From positions 43,896,001 to 43,960,000 of the forward strand of contig OX597821.1 in assembly GCA_951406725.2 (NCBI GenBank): a stretch of 64,000 bases of DNA. Reading direction: 5' to 3'. Under the pieces are notes generated by a model. The model was not told the DNA's origin. It saw only the letters and a list, made by a program, of their open reading frames with translations, and searched no databases. The DNA is from Octopus vulgaris. Lineage: Eukaryota. Below, piece after piece: positions 25,262-39,656 of the stretch. Both the position numbers and the translations under genes were made by a program. The number at the start of each line of letters is the position of its first letter. The stretch's first letter is position 1.

Positions 25262-25455
25262 GTGCCAACCAGATGTCAGCAGAATTAACCTCTTTAAGCT
25301 CCTTTCCACAACATATCTACCAACCAGACGTTGGTAGAATCAATCCTGTAGTCTCCGTTTCCACGTGTCCGTCAACCAACTGTTAGTAGAGATAATCCTT
25401 CTACCCCCTCGTTTCCACAACATCAATGTCAACCAGATGGCAGTAGAGTTAATGC
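25262..25455. repeat. Degenerate 52-57-bp minisatellite, about 3.5 units
   Basis: Units start caacca at 25266, 25321, 25373 and 25430 and share tttccac. Confidence 0.7.
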
Positions 25456-25957
25456 ATAGATTCCGTCACTGTCGTTGTTCACGTTTCTAAAACTTGAGTG
25501 AATGAGCTTCTATCATTATAACAGTTATTGCTCATACATTTGTAGCAGTAAACGTTGTTATCAATATTACTGCTGTTGCCGCTGCTGCTGTTTTCGTAGC
25601 AGCGATGAAAATTATTATTGTTCGCTTGTTACACTTACAGCTGATGTTTTTGTAGTTGCTATTACTTCTGTTGCAGCTGTTAGTGTTTGTGAGATTGTTG
25701 CTATTTAATTACAGATGACCACCGCAAGCATTTCTATTCTGCATTAATTTTTCTTTTGTTCCAGACAATTTTGTTGCTGTTAAAAGCCATAGATACTAAA
25801 GAACTTACGAAGATATTTCTTTACCTGTGAGCCATCTAAAGACAGAGAAACCAATTTGCACTCTTCTCACACAAACAGAAAAGGGCAATGAAAGGTCTTT
25901 TAATAATCTTCTACAAAGCGATAATGAAAACTTTTTATCTTATCTCTTCTGGCAATT

Positions 25958-26127
25958 CGTCGTCGTCGTCGTCGTTGTTGTTGTTGTTGTTGTTGTTGTT
26001 GTTCTTCTTCTTCTTCTTCTTCTTCTTCTTCTTCTTCTTCTTCTTCTTCTTCTTCTTCTTCTTCTTCTTCTTCTTCTTCTTCTTCTTCTTCTTCTTCTTC
26101 TTTCTGCTGCTGCCGCTGCCGCTGCTG

Positions 26128-26187
<60 letters not shown>
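25958..26187. repeat. Compound microsatellite (GTC)(GTT)(CTT)(GCT)(ACT)n
   Basis: Directly visible; source of the poly-V/L/A/T ORF. Confidence 0.95.
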
Positions 26188-27155
26188 TAGAAAGAGAGAA
26201 AAAGTTCCACCTTGCACAGTTTTGTGAACTAATTAAACTAAAAGTAAAGAGTTCAGTGACATACTTTCTGAAATCATCAAATAATGATCCTTTCTGTTAT
26301 AGGCACAAGGCTGGAAAATTTGGGAAAGGGGTTAGTCGATTGCATCGACCCCCCACAGCTCAAATGGTACTTATTTTATTGATCATGTAATGATGAAAGG
26401 CAAAGTCGACCTCTCTGGAATTTGAGCTCAGAACGTAAAGAACCAGAAGAAATGCCGCGCTAAACATTTTGGCTGACGACGACGACGTAAAGCCCTGACG
26501 TAGTAGCAGGCAAGTGGCTCTCATGGCTTGGGATCTTAACTGATTGGAGGTGTTATCATGCAAATTGTTTTGTCTTGGTATAAAAGATGGGCTACAGCAA
26601 AATTAAATGAGTGTCATTGTCATCAAGTGAACGATATTTCGACATCTTGTGTCTTCAACAGGTTCAAAAAATAATTTTGTCAATCTACTTCATTTTGGTT
26701 AATATTTATAGGATTGAGGTAACTCCTCCAGAAGATATAGAAGCAAAAAAAAAAAAAAAAAAATAAAGAGAGAAGAGTGTCATTGTCATCATTTTGCTTG
26801 TCAGTTTTAAAATAATTTCTGTGTCACATCTGAGTCCAATTTTGTGGTGAAACCAAATTTGTGAATCCAGAGTTACGAATCCAAGTTTGTGGAATCAAGT
26901 TGGTAAAGCTAGGCTTCTGAGTCCGAATTTCTGAATTATATATGTTTTACCTTTCTAAATATGTTGACTGTACGTCTAGTGTAGCATGAATTTATTTTGT
27001 TCGTATATATTTGTTTTGTGTGTAGGCTGATTGTGTATGCTGACATTTAATTGTTAATAATATTTTTAAAAAAAATTCATGGTATGTTGTTGTTTTGGAT
27101 TGACCCCATCATTGTTTGTTGTGTAATTTCGTGTTATGGCCACCAGGTCGTAACA

Positions 27156-27199
<44 letters not shown>

Positions 27200-27419
27200 A
27201 CATCCTTAGAAAAACCCCAACAATTTAAATGCCAGTGTTGTATTACATGGAGATATTTCGCTACTACCCCTACCACTTCTTTTCCTCAAGCTTTCAGTTA
27301 TACTGTAACATCTCTTATCCGCCGCTTACCCTAGGATGCTGGGTGTGTCTCGGCAAGTGATTGCAGCAAACATGCAGATTAAAAGTAAACAGCAACAACA
27401 ACAACAATAATAATAACTG

Positions 27420-27720
27420 ATGTTGACAAAGCCCTTACCCATCAGTAGTTTGTGTCTTCTGGCTTAAAATCAGAGACAGAAGGGGTTATTATAGCTATCC
27501 AAATTCAATGCCTACATACAAGAAGCTACTAGACCATCTTAAATAAACGACAGTAGCCCAACATAATGTGTATGTAAGCAACAAAATCAAACCATCGATC
27601 ATGTTGTCTCCATGTGCAGCCTTCTTGCGCCTACATAGTATCTTAACAGGCATGATAGAGCAGCACTGTATATTCACTGGGTAATTTACATAGACTTGGA
27701 CCTACACCATGATAAAGTTA
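27420..27720 (+). mobile_element. R4/Dong-clade LINE fragment
   Basis: SSGLKSETEGVIIAIQ..CVCKQQNQTIDHVVSMCSLLAP.YLNRHDR..YIHW, homologous to the 30300-30560 region. Confidence 0.8.
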
Positions 27721-27749
27721 TGTCGGCAATGGCCGTCTGTTATACAAAT

Positions 27750-29200
27750 TGTTCTACAAAAGTGACAAGTAACACATGGAACCAGAAGTTGACAACGTCA
27801 CTGACGTCTCTGATAAGGACCCTTGTACTGCTTATTCCCAAATATTGCGGAACTAGTGTATGGATAGATGCAGGCCTGTCGTCAGACTTTAGTGCCTGAG
27901 AATGCTTAAAAAAAAAAAATCACTGGGTAGGCACTAATTTGTATTAATGCTAAAGGGGAGTTTTGAAATAAGTATACCACTATAAATCTGAGAATGCACT
28001 GTTGAATAGTTAGAGGGCAGTGCCATCCGGCGCACTCCCTTAGCAATGGGCATGGATAGATGTATTGCAGACAGTTTGGGCTTGCTTCGTTTTCTGTTTT
28101 AAAGATAGCACACATACGACGCCATATGAGCTTGCTTTCTCGATAAAGATCTCAATGCATCTAGCAGGGCCGTCTCTAAATCTTCCTTGGATTGAACATG
28201 AGAATCCCCCTCCCCACTCGTGGTCTTAGCAAAGCCCTGGTTAATTACCCTTTTGCTCTCGCACGCCCATTTGTTGCTGTTCATTTGCAGTTTTTTTGCT
28301 TAAACTTCCCAGTTCTTCATGATATTCTTCTTTAATGTGTATTTTCAGTAAATATAACAACCAAGTTTTCTACTCTGTATCATCAATCACATGCTCTTTG
28401 CTTTCATGTCTTCAGGGAACAGTTCCAGAATTACTCTGTGGCCTTTGGTGTGTCAAAAGGACTTGAAAGCCCATTTTGACGCTCCCTGATCACAGGTCAC
28501 CTGTCATTAAACCTACTTCCATCACTATCATATACTACAACATAAAAGTCACTACTAACCATGGATCTGCATCGTATCCATTGTGCCTTATTGTGACTCT
28601 TGTATTTCTTTGACCCATGCACAGGGGTACAAATGTACAGTCAGAAATATGTCTGATAATTTCAACCGGTATTTTGACTGCGTTTTTAGTTTTAAAGGTA
28701 CAGCAAATAATGCCATAGCTTTTGCCTTTCTCAAATGAGATTATTTCTCCCGATATGCCTAAGTGACGTATTGTATTACTTGATGTGAGAGAAAATCTAA
28801 TCCACTTTAACCTTTCATGATCATTTTGTTCTTCGCTTTCTCCTGGTTTATTTCCTGCGACAAAGAAATGCTCTTAAGACTTTGCTTGTATCATAGAACC
28901 AACAATTATATTTTTTCATTTCGTATTAAAGGAAGGTAGGTTTTCACGCTGCTGTTTTCTGAACGGACGGCAATATCTGGAACCTTGTAAGAGTTACTAT
29001 AATTAATTTTGTTGCAGTTGTAATGGCTATCTTCCAAACAAGTAATTTGAGTATTTGGGACATTTTCTTTTATTAATTGTTTACTATACTGTTTCATATG
29101 TTTCTTCCTCTGCTCGTTTAATTATACGTTTTGATTATATTTTGTTTATTTAGCCATTGTAGTATTGTGTCGAGTGGAATAATTATGCGCAGTAGCCATT
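27750..29200 (-). pseudogene. Decayed coding-like unit, possibly an L1/Tx1-type ORF1
   Basis: About 110 stop-free codons at ~28535-28880 (GEIISFEKGKSYGIICCTF..FVPLCMGQRNTRVTI); AAAATGGCT start context near 29200. Family assignment is a resemblance only. Confidence 0.35.
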
Positions 29201-29419
29201 TTGGATGTGAAATATTATGTGTGAAAATTAAATTTCGTGAAACAAACTTTCTATTTTAGTTGACTACCCTCAGGTATCGAGGACAACTTCTCTTTAGGCA
29301 ACTATAGTTCTTTCTAAAAGCGAAACAAAGATAAATTTATTTGGTAATTCTTGAATAAAACATATTTTGAAGGGAAAAATCAAAATAATCTATTCACAGT
29401 ACGAGACTCAATAATAATA

Positions 29420-29564
29420 GTGAAATAATATATAACATACAGAAAGTAGCACTACTAGGCACCGCACACAATATAATGAAAATAACAGCACCAAAGCAAA
29501 CCACAGCACATACCGAAGGTACAAAGAGTTGCGCTTGGTAGTATAACATAAAGAAGACTACAAT

Positions 29565-29570
<6 letters not shown>
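29420..29570 (+). mobile_element. Short 3' fragment of the Dong family at 29640
   Basis: YNIQKVALLGTAH plus a related 3' UTR ending in (TAA)n. Confidence 0.75.
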
Positions 29571-29636
<66 letters not shown>

Positions 29637-29639
29637 GAA

Positions 29640-31130
29640 TAAAAGAATTAGACCAAAGCCAAACTTACAAATATTTAGGAATCCATGAACTAGATAAGAC
29701 ACAACACACACAAATGAAAGAGAAAATAAAAAAAGAATATTATAGACGAGTTAGATCAATACTAAACACAGAGCTCAATGCTAAAAACAAGATAATAGGT
29801 ATCAACACTTTAGCTGTCCCAGTTATAAGTTACAGCTACAATATCCTTAACTGGACACGAAATGAACTGACCAAAATAGATAGGAAAACAAGAAAAATAA
29901 TGACAGGATCTAGGATGCATCACCCAAAATCTGACATAGAAAGACTATATATACAACGTATAGAAGGTGGTAGAGGCCTTATACAGCTGGAAAACTACTA
30001 TAAAATAACCACCATAGGACTGCAAAAATATCTACTTCAGAAGGAAGGAAAACTGATCCAGATAGCGGCAAAACACGAGCAAAACAAAAAACTGTTCTCA
30101 GTATTTAAGGAAGCTGACAAATACAAACAAGAAATCATACCACCTAATAAACATGAAGAAGAAGAAAATGAAGAAACAACAAAAGCTATAAAACAAATGA
30201 AATCCAAACTAAAAATAGAACAGCAACGAACCATGATAAAACGATGGCAAGAAAAGCCCCTTCATGGTAAATACTGGACTAAAGTAAATGCAAAAGAAAT
30301 AGACAAAGAAAAATCCCAGCAATGGTTGAGAAGCTCAGGACTCAAAGCAGAAACAGAGGGATTTTTAATTGCAGCACAAGACCAAAGCCTCCCCACCAGA
30401 AATTACCAAAAACATGTAATGAAAAGAAATATTACAAGTAACTGCAGAATATGTGGGGATGGACAAGAAACAATAAATCATATTATCTCTAGCTGCCCAA
30501 TCCTGGCTAAGAAGGAATATATTCACAGACATGACAGAGTTGGAACCTACATACATTGGAAGCTATGCCAACATTATGGAATAACAACAGAAAAAAGATG
30601 GTATAGGCACACACCAGAAAAGGTCACAGAAAACGAGAAAGCAACCATACTCTGGGATATGCCGATACACACAGATAGAGAAATTAAAGCCAACAGACCA
30701 GATATAGTTGTCAGAGACCATGAAGAAAAAAATGCTTTCTAATTGATGTATCAATACCGGCTGATGACAACGTGTCTCTAAAAGAAATGGAGAAACTCTC
30801 AAAATACAAAGACCTGGAAATGGAGGTAACTAGAATGTGGAATCTAAAAACAGAAACAATTCCTATCATAGTAGGTGCATTAGGCATGATAAAAAAATAT
30901 TCAGACAAATACATAACAAAAACACCAGGACTTACAAACACATATAACATACAGAAAATTGCACTACTAGGCACTGCACACATCCTACGCAGAACACTTT
31001 CCATACAATAACCATCAGAGCACCACAACAAATCACAGCACATACCCAAGGCACACAGAGCTGCGCTCGGTAGTGAAGTGAAAGCACGCTATAAAAATAA
31101 AACTACTGAATAATAATAATAATAATAGTA
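29640..31130 (+). mobile_element. 5'-truncated R4/Dong-clade LINE, well preserved, inserted in (TAA)n
   Basis: 342-aa ORF with GGRGL, ETEGFLIAAQDQ, CCHC knuckle CRIC..HIISSC, RHD and RPDIVV. One frameshift in the A-run near 30730 continues into LIDVSIP..KYKDL..GTAHILRR (REL endonuclease). TAA arrays on both sides. Confidence 0.95.
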
Positions 31131-31149
31131 AATAATAATAATAATAATA

Positions 31150-31413
31150 TTCAACATCCTTAAAGAACCCCTACAGAGACCTTTTGAGCGGGATGGGCTA
31201 CTCGGCCTGAAGAAAATTGTAACTGGGCCCCACCTGCAAGGTCATGTGCTGTTTATCTTGATTTGAGATATATGAGATTACTACGTCGCGCACATATGAT
31301 TGTGATGCATGTGCCTGGTGTACCCTTATCAGACGGGTAGTCGTGATGGATATACTGGGCTTCGTATATTTTACCCAAGTGTCATTTTGATGGCATGCGC
31401 TGCTCTCTCACTC
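31150..31413 (+). mobile_element. 5'-truncated copy of the non-coding TAA-embedded element
   Basis: Matches 35120-35378; ends ctctctcactc followed by (AAT)n. Confidence 0.8.
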
Positions 31414-31485
<72 letters not shown>

Positions 31486-31499
31486 TAAATAAACTACTA

Positions 31500-32990
31500 A
31501 TGGAAAACCTGAAATTATTTGCTGAAAGTGAGAATGTTTTGGTCCAGGTTGTTAGAGATGTGAGTGGTGAGATACATCTTGAATTTGAAATAGATAAACG
31601 TGCGATGCTAGTAATAAGAAGAGGAAAAATATTCAAGTCAGAAGGGATTAAACTCCCAGCTAAAATATCAATCGGAGCAGTGAATGAGAGTGAGTTACAA
31701 ATACCTAAGTGTATATTGTTGGCAGATAGAATTCTCTGTCAAGAAATGAAAGAAAAAGTGAAAAATGGATATCTCAGGAAAGTATAAAAAAGGTGCTAAG
31801 CTTAAAACTGAATGGAGGGAAAAGCACTTTTGCAGTAAATACATGGGCGGTGTCTCGTGGGATATTCTGCTGCTTTTCTGAACTGTGCTAAGGAAGAACT
31901 AAGAGGCATAGACTGTAAAACCAGAAAGACGGTGTCCATATATAGTTCGCTACATCCCAATAACAGTGTTGGTTGGTTATACCTATTACGAAAGGAGGGG
32001 GAAGAGGACTGATACCAATAGAAGGCTGTGTAAAGATGGCAAAACGTGACATGGAAGAATGTGAGAAAAAACGCAGAAAGACTGATTTTAGCTGCAGGAA
32101 GAGAGGAGAAATAAGTTGTGGATATTGCAATGGAATACAAGAAAAGAAGAAAACAGGAACGAGAAAGAAACATTTATGAAAAAGAACTGCACGGTCAGCA
32201 TTCCGAACAAACACAGGATGTCGCAGCAGAGAGTCTTGGTTATGGCTGAAAAATGAAGAACTTATGAAAGAAACGAAAGGACTTATAATGGCTGTCCAAA
32301 GCCAATCATTGCGGACGAATATGATGAAGGCAAAAATAGACAAAACCATGAGAAGCGTTAAGTGCAGAGTTTGTAATGAGAAAGAAGAATCCGTTATGCA
32401 TATATCCTGTAGTGCTTTGGCACAGAAGGAGTATAGACGCAGACCTGATTGTGTGGCTAAAGCATTACACTGGGACATATGACAGCAAAGGGGATTTGAA
32501 GCGGAAAGAAAATAGTACGAACGCCAAGAAGAGAGTGTAACAGAGAACGATCCTTTAAAATCTTAAAGGATTTTATTGTACAGACTGATCACGAACTTCA
32601 AATAAGACGACCAGATACTATCGTTCTGGACAAGGAGAAAAAGAGTGCCTCATCATAGCTGTGGCTATATCTGTGGACATGAATGTAGCAGTTAAAGGAA
32701 AAAAGAAAATAAGAAAATTCCAGGATTTGGCTAGGGAAAAGCGAAGACTGTGGAGAGTTTCTACAAAAGTACTCCCAGTTATTATAGGTGCCCTATAGCA
32801 ACTTGGAAGTTTCCTTATAGAGAGTGCTGTAACTACGAGAGTTGCATTAATTTAAAAATCCTGCTGTATTGTGAACAGCAAAGGTTGTAGGAAAGGACCT
32901 CAATATCTAAGGAAACCGGTTGTGACTCGGTATCGAGGATGCTGATTCGAGGATAATGTACACATTCGTGTATACCATGAATAATAATCT
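31500..32990 (+). mobile_element. Older, different R4/Dong-clade LINE, decayed
   Basis: NLKLFA (RT domain 5-like), GGGRGLI, ETKGLIMAVQSQSLRTN, CRVCNEKEESVMHI, RRPD, PVIIGAL. Confidence 0.85.
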
Positions 32991-33225
32991 AATAATAATT
33001 CTATTTGTTCCTCCGTTAGTTGTTTACTCAGCCCGTCTGTAACGCTTTCACTTGATTAGTTGAAGGGAGAGAGACGGGTCCATAACGTGAGGTAAGGGGA
33101 ACGTCATATTTATTACGTGGTTTAAAAAGTTAGTTGAAGGTAGTAATATAGAGGAGAGTTAGAAATATAATTTTAGCAGAGGGGTGATGTTCTGATGGTG
33201 AGGTTAAAGAAAAGGAGAGAGAGAT

Positions 33226-33256
<31 letters not shown>

Positions 33257-33439
33257 TGGTAGAGGTAGTGGTGGTAGAGGTGGTGGTGGTGGTAGTGGTG
33301 GAGATGTGGTGGTGATTGGATAGTGAAAAGCGTTTTTTTTTTTTAATTGGGCTAAGTTTTTTCTATGTCACCTATCACTTAACGGTTGCTTATAAGTGCA
33401 ATTATCGATCGTCTGCTCACTTGAATATTGATATTTGCT

Positions 33440-33870
33440 TATAAAATATAGATGATAGCCGATGTAAGTTTATAATAGAAAAAACGAAATCGAATAGGCA
33501 ATGACGCAAAGAGAAGCAGAGGGTCGAAACACTAGAACAAGTATGGGAGCATCAGCGAGTAGAAGGAAAAAAATGAATCAAAGAGTACAGAGTGAGTATT
33601 TACAATATATAAAGGAACACAATCAAGTTAGGATATAAGATGTAAATCAGAAAGAACGAGCAAAAAAAAACAAAAACCTGTAAACGTAAGGTTGGACGTT
33701 ACATTAGTGGCATGAATATTCTCTGTAATCATTGTGAAGCTCTTAGATTTATAAATGAACCTCTGAGATGATGGGAAATTCATGCTCCTTCAAATATAGC
33801 ATTATCCAGAAGAACTGGAAGGTGTTTTTAAATGAAAAGTATGCAGAATATACAATTTGTAAAGGAACAG
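33440..33870 (+). mobile_element. Helitron RepHel N-terminal fragment
   Basis: ISGMNILCNHCEALRFINEP matches the Helitron CxxCxALxFxxE zinc-finger motif, preceded by an R/E/K-rich segment. Confidence 0.55.
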
Positions 33871-33949
33871 TAATTTTTATGTCTCTATATAAACTTAAAA
33901 CCATCGAAAAAATTTCGCTTTTATCGTGGAATTTCCACGGGTACTGTTA

Positions 33950-34460
33950 GTTGAAGACTAATTGGATAAAAGCCAAGGTAAACAAGGACCAAGTATATTC
34001 CCAATATAGGTTGTATAAATCAAAAGAGGGAAGTGTTACTCATATAGTAAGTGAATGTAGCATGCAGGTACAGAATGAATACAAGAAAAATACAATGACA
34101 ACCTAGGGAGAGTAATCTACTGGGGGGTATGTAGAAAGCTAGGATTTAACCATACTAATAAATGGTATGAATATAAACCTAGTAAAATACTAGAAATTAA
34201 GAAATATAAGATGTTGTGGGATTTTAACATTCAGACGGACAGAGTAATAGAATCTAGAAAGCTTGATTTAGTAGTAATAGACAAAGAGAATAGAAAGTGC
34301 CAGATAAGTGACTTTACAGTGCCAAATTATGAGGAAGTCAATATCAGAAAATAGTACGACTCCAGAAATCAGTGTTATTAGGGACAGCTAGAATACTTAG
34401 AAGGATTCTTGGCATCTAAAGTTACTTGTAGTCCGATGTTAGGAATTTTTCTTTTCCAAT
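33950..34460 (+). mobile_element. R4/Dong-clade LINE 3' relic
   Basis: HIVSEC..EYK, KWYEYKP, LWDFNIQTDRVIESRKLDLVVIDKE, LGTARILRRIL, then (AAT)n. Confidence 0.85.
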
Positions 34461-34483
34461 AGTTTAATCTGTTGAGTGTATAT

Positions 34484-35434
<951 letters not shown>

Positions 35435-36487
35435 GAAGAAGAAGAAGAAGAAGAAGAAAATGCAGACTACCAAAACTTATAAGAACAAGAATGGGAAGAC
35501 ACTACAATAGCAGACCTAAGAATGACTCTCACGAAGGCTCATAAGTGGAAATACCTTGGTAATAATAGGGTGCCAAATTTCTGGCTTGCCTCGCTCTCGT
35601 GCACACACTTATTTTATTTATTTACTTCTTTATTTTTTATTTAATGAAGGTGAAGATAGTGCCAATTATTGTTGGGTCCTTGGGAACAGTACCAGAAGGC
35701 ATCAAGGGGAAAATAATGGAAACAAAGAATAGAGTTCCTAGTAGAACTGTTAAAAAAAGTTTTGACTCCTGGGCACGGCCAGAATAATGAAAAGAACGGG
35801 TAGCAGGGTACCGTAGGCTGCAGGTAGCAAGCTTTCGACCTCGAAAGGATGAAAGGCAAAGTAGATCTCGGCCGGCTCCAGTACTCAACTGGTACTTATT
35901 TAATCGACCCCGAAAGGAATGAAAGGTAAGGTAATTATCTCTTTATTTACCACAATGGCGTCGGATGATGATGATGAGGAGGTAAGGAAGTAAATGACAC
36001 AGTTATGGGAGGCGTTCAAATTTTACAGAAGTAGGTTCTCGATGGAGTAGATTGTGAATGTTTTGATAACATTTAGAAAAATAATAACATATATCTATTG
36101 TAAATAGATATACAAAAGAGAAATTTGTGTTATTTAATTTCGTTTTAAAGTAATACCTTTTCTTTTGGAAAATTAATATTCATTTCATCATTTTGTATAA
36201 ACACCAAGAAATTTGATAACAGTTCAGCTATAATTATTATTGTATGCGTGCCCTGTTTCCAGATATTACTCGTGTTGGCAGAAGTATGTTTTCGAAGTGA
36301 CTTATTATATGACAAATAAGTCTAGTTAGAGAATAATTAGCCAAGCTAGATACAGATTATTGTCATAATGAGTGGGAAAAATATCAGCGTGAAGATTATA
36401 CCAAATGTAATTGGTTGTTTTTGTTAAGGAACAAATGATGTTGAAAAAAGAAGATAAGAAGATAAAAGAGATTGGAGCCTACATATA

Positions 36488-37029
36488 CAGACTTACCTCA
36501 ACTAACGTCGGTAATAAGTTCCTACGCAAGCAACTTAATTCGGAAAACGACGTAACACGAAAAATTTTTAAAAAAAAATTTACGTTGTGAGTTCAAATTC
36601 CGCCGAGGTCGACTTTGCCTTTCATCCTTTCTGGGTAGATAAATAAAGAACCAGTTTCGCACTAGGGTCGATGTAATCGACTTAATCCCTTCGTCTGTCC
36701 TTGTTTGTCCCCTCTATGTTTAGCCCCTTGTGGGCAGTAAAGAAATATATATATATATCTGTTTTAATAAATGGTTTGTCCATATTTTCATATGTATTTC
36801 ATTTTACTTTTCACGTCAGCGCTGGCTTTTACGTGATCGTTTTTGAAATTTTTATGCTTTTGAATATGTTCAGCGAAATCGTCATAAAGTCGGGTAAATC
36901 GATTAATGTTGAGATTTATATTTTCCATAAATTTGTTAAAACAAAGCAAAACAAAACAAAAAAAAAAACGACGTAAAGTCGAAAAAAGACGAAACTCGAA
37001 ACGATGTAAGTTGAGCTATTTTTGTTCTG
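36488..37029. mobile_element. Tigger-like MITE interrupted by a SINE B fragment (36580-36745)
   Basis: ta-CAGA..ctcaactaacgtcg at the left end and cgatgtaagttgag..TCTG-ta at the right end. Confidence 0.55.
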
Positions 37030-37244
37030 TATACTGCTTTCAAATTTTGGCACAAGGCTAGCAATTTCGGGGATGTGAGTAAGCTAACTACATCGACCTC
37101 AGTGCTGAACTGCTTCTTATTTTATCGACCACGAAAGGATGTCGATATCCATCAACATCCTTTCGGAGTCGATAAAAGGATGAAAGGCAAAGTCGACCTC
37201 GGTGGAATTTGAACTGAGAACGCAAAGACGGACGAAATGCCGCT

Positions 37245-37394
37245 AAGCATCATGCCTGCTCACTTCCTTGTTGGTACTGTATATTAAATGTAGAAGCATC
37301 ATGCCTGCTTACTGCCTTGTTGGTACTGTATATTAAATGTAGAAGCATCATGCCTGCTTACCGCCTTGTCTATACTGTATATTAAATGCAGAAG
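37245..37394. repeat. 49-bp tandem repeat, three units
   Basis: aagcatcatgcctgct... units start at 37245, 37294 and 37343, abutting a minus-strand SINE B copy (37035-37250). Confidence 0.9.
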
Positions 37395-38224
37395 AGTGTT
37401 AGTAAGCGAAAGTGTTAAGATACTGGGGAAGTTAATTGGCCGACAAACTCTTAGTTTTCTGACATCAACCGACCAACTGTTTAATAATATTGATAAGAGG
37501 CCATACTACCGGTATTTCTTGACTTTCAAATGCTTCTAGTCCTGCAAAACCAACCACATAAGATGGACAGTGACTTTTATCTCTGCAACTTCGTCAGCTG
37601 AAGTAAATCGTTCAATGGCATTAATAAAAATACACGCAGATCTAATAAAGATAATCTTAGAGATAACTTTTAGCTTTATACTCTGACATTATTCAAAACC
37701 GGTAGCTTCTAACAGGATTTTGCTGGTTTGTAATTAAAAGATAACAAACAATGTTTTGAGGAGACGCATATCAGGGTCAAAAGAAATTTCCATAATATAT
37801 ATAATTCTTCCGCTCGTAAATTCACTGTAGTTTTAAAATAAAATGGAATGGAATTTCTCAAGATTAGATATATAATTTATCGGAAACTGCAATAGATTAT
37901 CGAAAACTGCAAAAGATTCCATTTTCGGTGACTTATATTTTGAAAATTACAATACTTATTTATTTATTTTTGCATATTCTATGCACAATTGGTAACCAAT
38001 AATTTACTACTTCCTCTGATACACCACATTTCTGAATTTTATTTGCCAGTCTCAAACAAGGCGAGAAACTACTTTGTATTAGACTTATGATAAAAGTGAA
38101 ATTAAAATGAAAGGGGTGAATTTACTTTAGACTTGAAAGAGTTTGGGTCATAATAAGAAAAAAACAAACAAAAAACAATGAAATGGTAGAGTTCCAAAGT
38201 TTGGCAGTTTGAGGGGGGAAAAGC

Positions 38225-38650
38225 TACGATCATAGAAAGACTTCCTCCTTATTCGTGGAAGCACAACAACAGAAAATAGGACTTAGACATTTCAGGAGCA
38301 CGTAGTTTCAAGACAATCACAGGAATGTTGTCAGGGTCAGATTTTTGAGACTGATCAAGCTCAGAGATCACCTTAGGTACCAAGTTAGAAATTATGACTG
38401 CAGGATCAAGAATCTGCTCTGTATGAGAAAGAAACCCAGGAAAAGGTGCACCCGAATCAGCAAGGGTACAGATAATAACGAAAAGAAAAGAAAAAAAAAA
38501 GTATGAGCAAAGAGGTCAGCTTTTTCTGGGCATCTAGAACATTTGAGACCATCAAATAGTCGGAGCACAAGAGACTTACCAGGATTGAAATTACTATTAA
38601 TAGATTTTCCGAAAGTCGCAACATCTAGGTTATTTAAGGGGAGCCAGGTA
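38225..38650 (-). mobile_element. CR1/jockey-type LINE fragment (pre-RT region)
   Basis: NSNFNPGKS..LF..KADLFA, then VISELDQSQKSDPDNIPVIVLKLRAPEMS, equivalent to the K..GPD.IP..VLK motif. Confidence 0.7.
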
Positions 38651-38651
38651 C

Positions 38652-38684
<33 letters not shown>

Positions 38685-38766
38685 TGTATGTATGTATGTA
38701 TGTATGTATGTATGTATGTATGTATGTATGTATGTATGTATGTATGTATGTATGTATATGTATATG

Positions 38767-38847
<81 letters not shown>

Positions 38848-39023
38848 ATATATGTATGTATGTATGTATTTATGTATATATATGTATGTATTTATGTATA
38901 TATATTTATATTTTTTATATATATGTATATATATACATTTACATATATATATATATATATGTAGATGTATATATATAAATGTATATATAGAGATATGCAT
39001 ATATGTATATGTATATATACATG

Positions 39024-39107
<84 letters not shown>

Positions 39108-39609
39108 TGTGTGTGTGTGTGTGTGTGTCATATATATTTATAAAATGTAGCGGTACTTAGCATTCGAAACTGCGTGATCTTGGCCTGTATTTTGCCCAGT
39201 CGTTGTTCTGGTGCCTTTGCATGGCGGTAGGAGTAATGGAAAATTCCATGTAGTTTCGCACCAAATCATAGTGACAAAAAGAAGTGTGCGAAAAATACAA
39301 TGCATAGGAGACCGATGAGCCAGACGACTCGTAGTGGTTATCTTCGTCTGTCATGTCAATTCGACAACCTCACCAAGCATGAAGACTTACATTTTCTATC
39401 GTCAAACATACATTCTCATACATTATGCATTAATGCTATTGACATTAAGCACCACGGTTTTCAGCAGGTAACCTTCCTAACCTAAATATGGAAATAAATA
39501 TGCTTCATTAAAACTGAATATTATGGTTGGTGGTTGGTTTTAAGTGAGAATAGACACGCAGCTCGAACAAATTTTCAGGTGACGGCACACACACACACAC
39601 TATGTGATT

Positions 39610-39656
<47 letters not shown>

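Noticed and set aside
25262-25455. CRISPR-like array or coding repeat
   Set aside because: Eukaryotic context, whole units are homologous with no unique spacers, and unit lengths 55/52/57 break frame.
25827-26390. 187-aa poly-V/L/A/T ORF
   Set aside because: Translation of a compound trinucleotide microsatellite plus a SINE.
29714-30742. Autonomous active LINE or host gene
   Set aside because: The RT core is missing (5' truncated) and the endonuclease is frameshifted.
38392-39150. YIYI/MYVC/HTHT ORFs here and at ~18.1, 40.6, 41.8, 59.7 and 61.3 kb
   Set aside because: Di- and tetranucleotide microsatellites lack stops in some frames; not genes.
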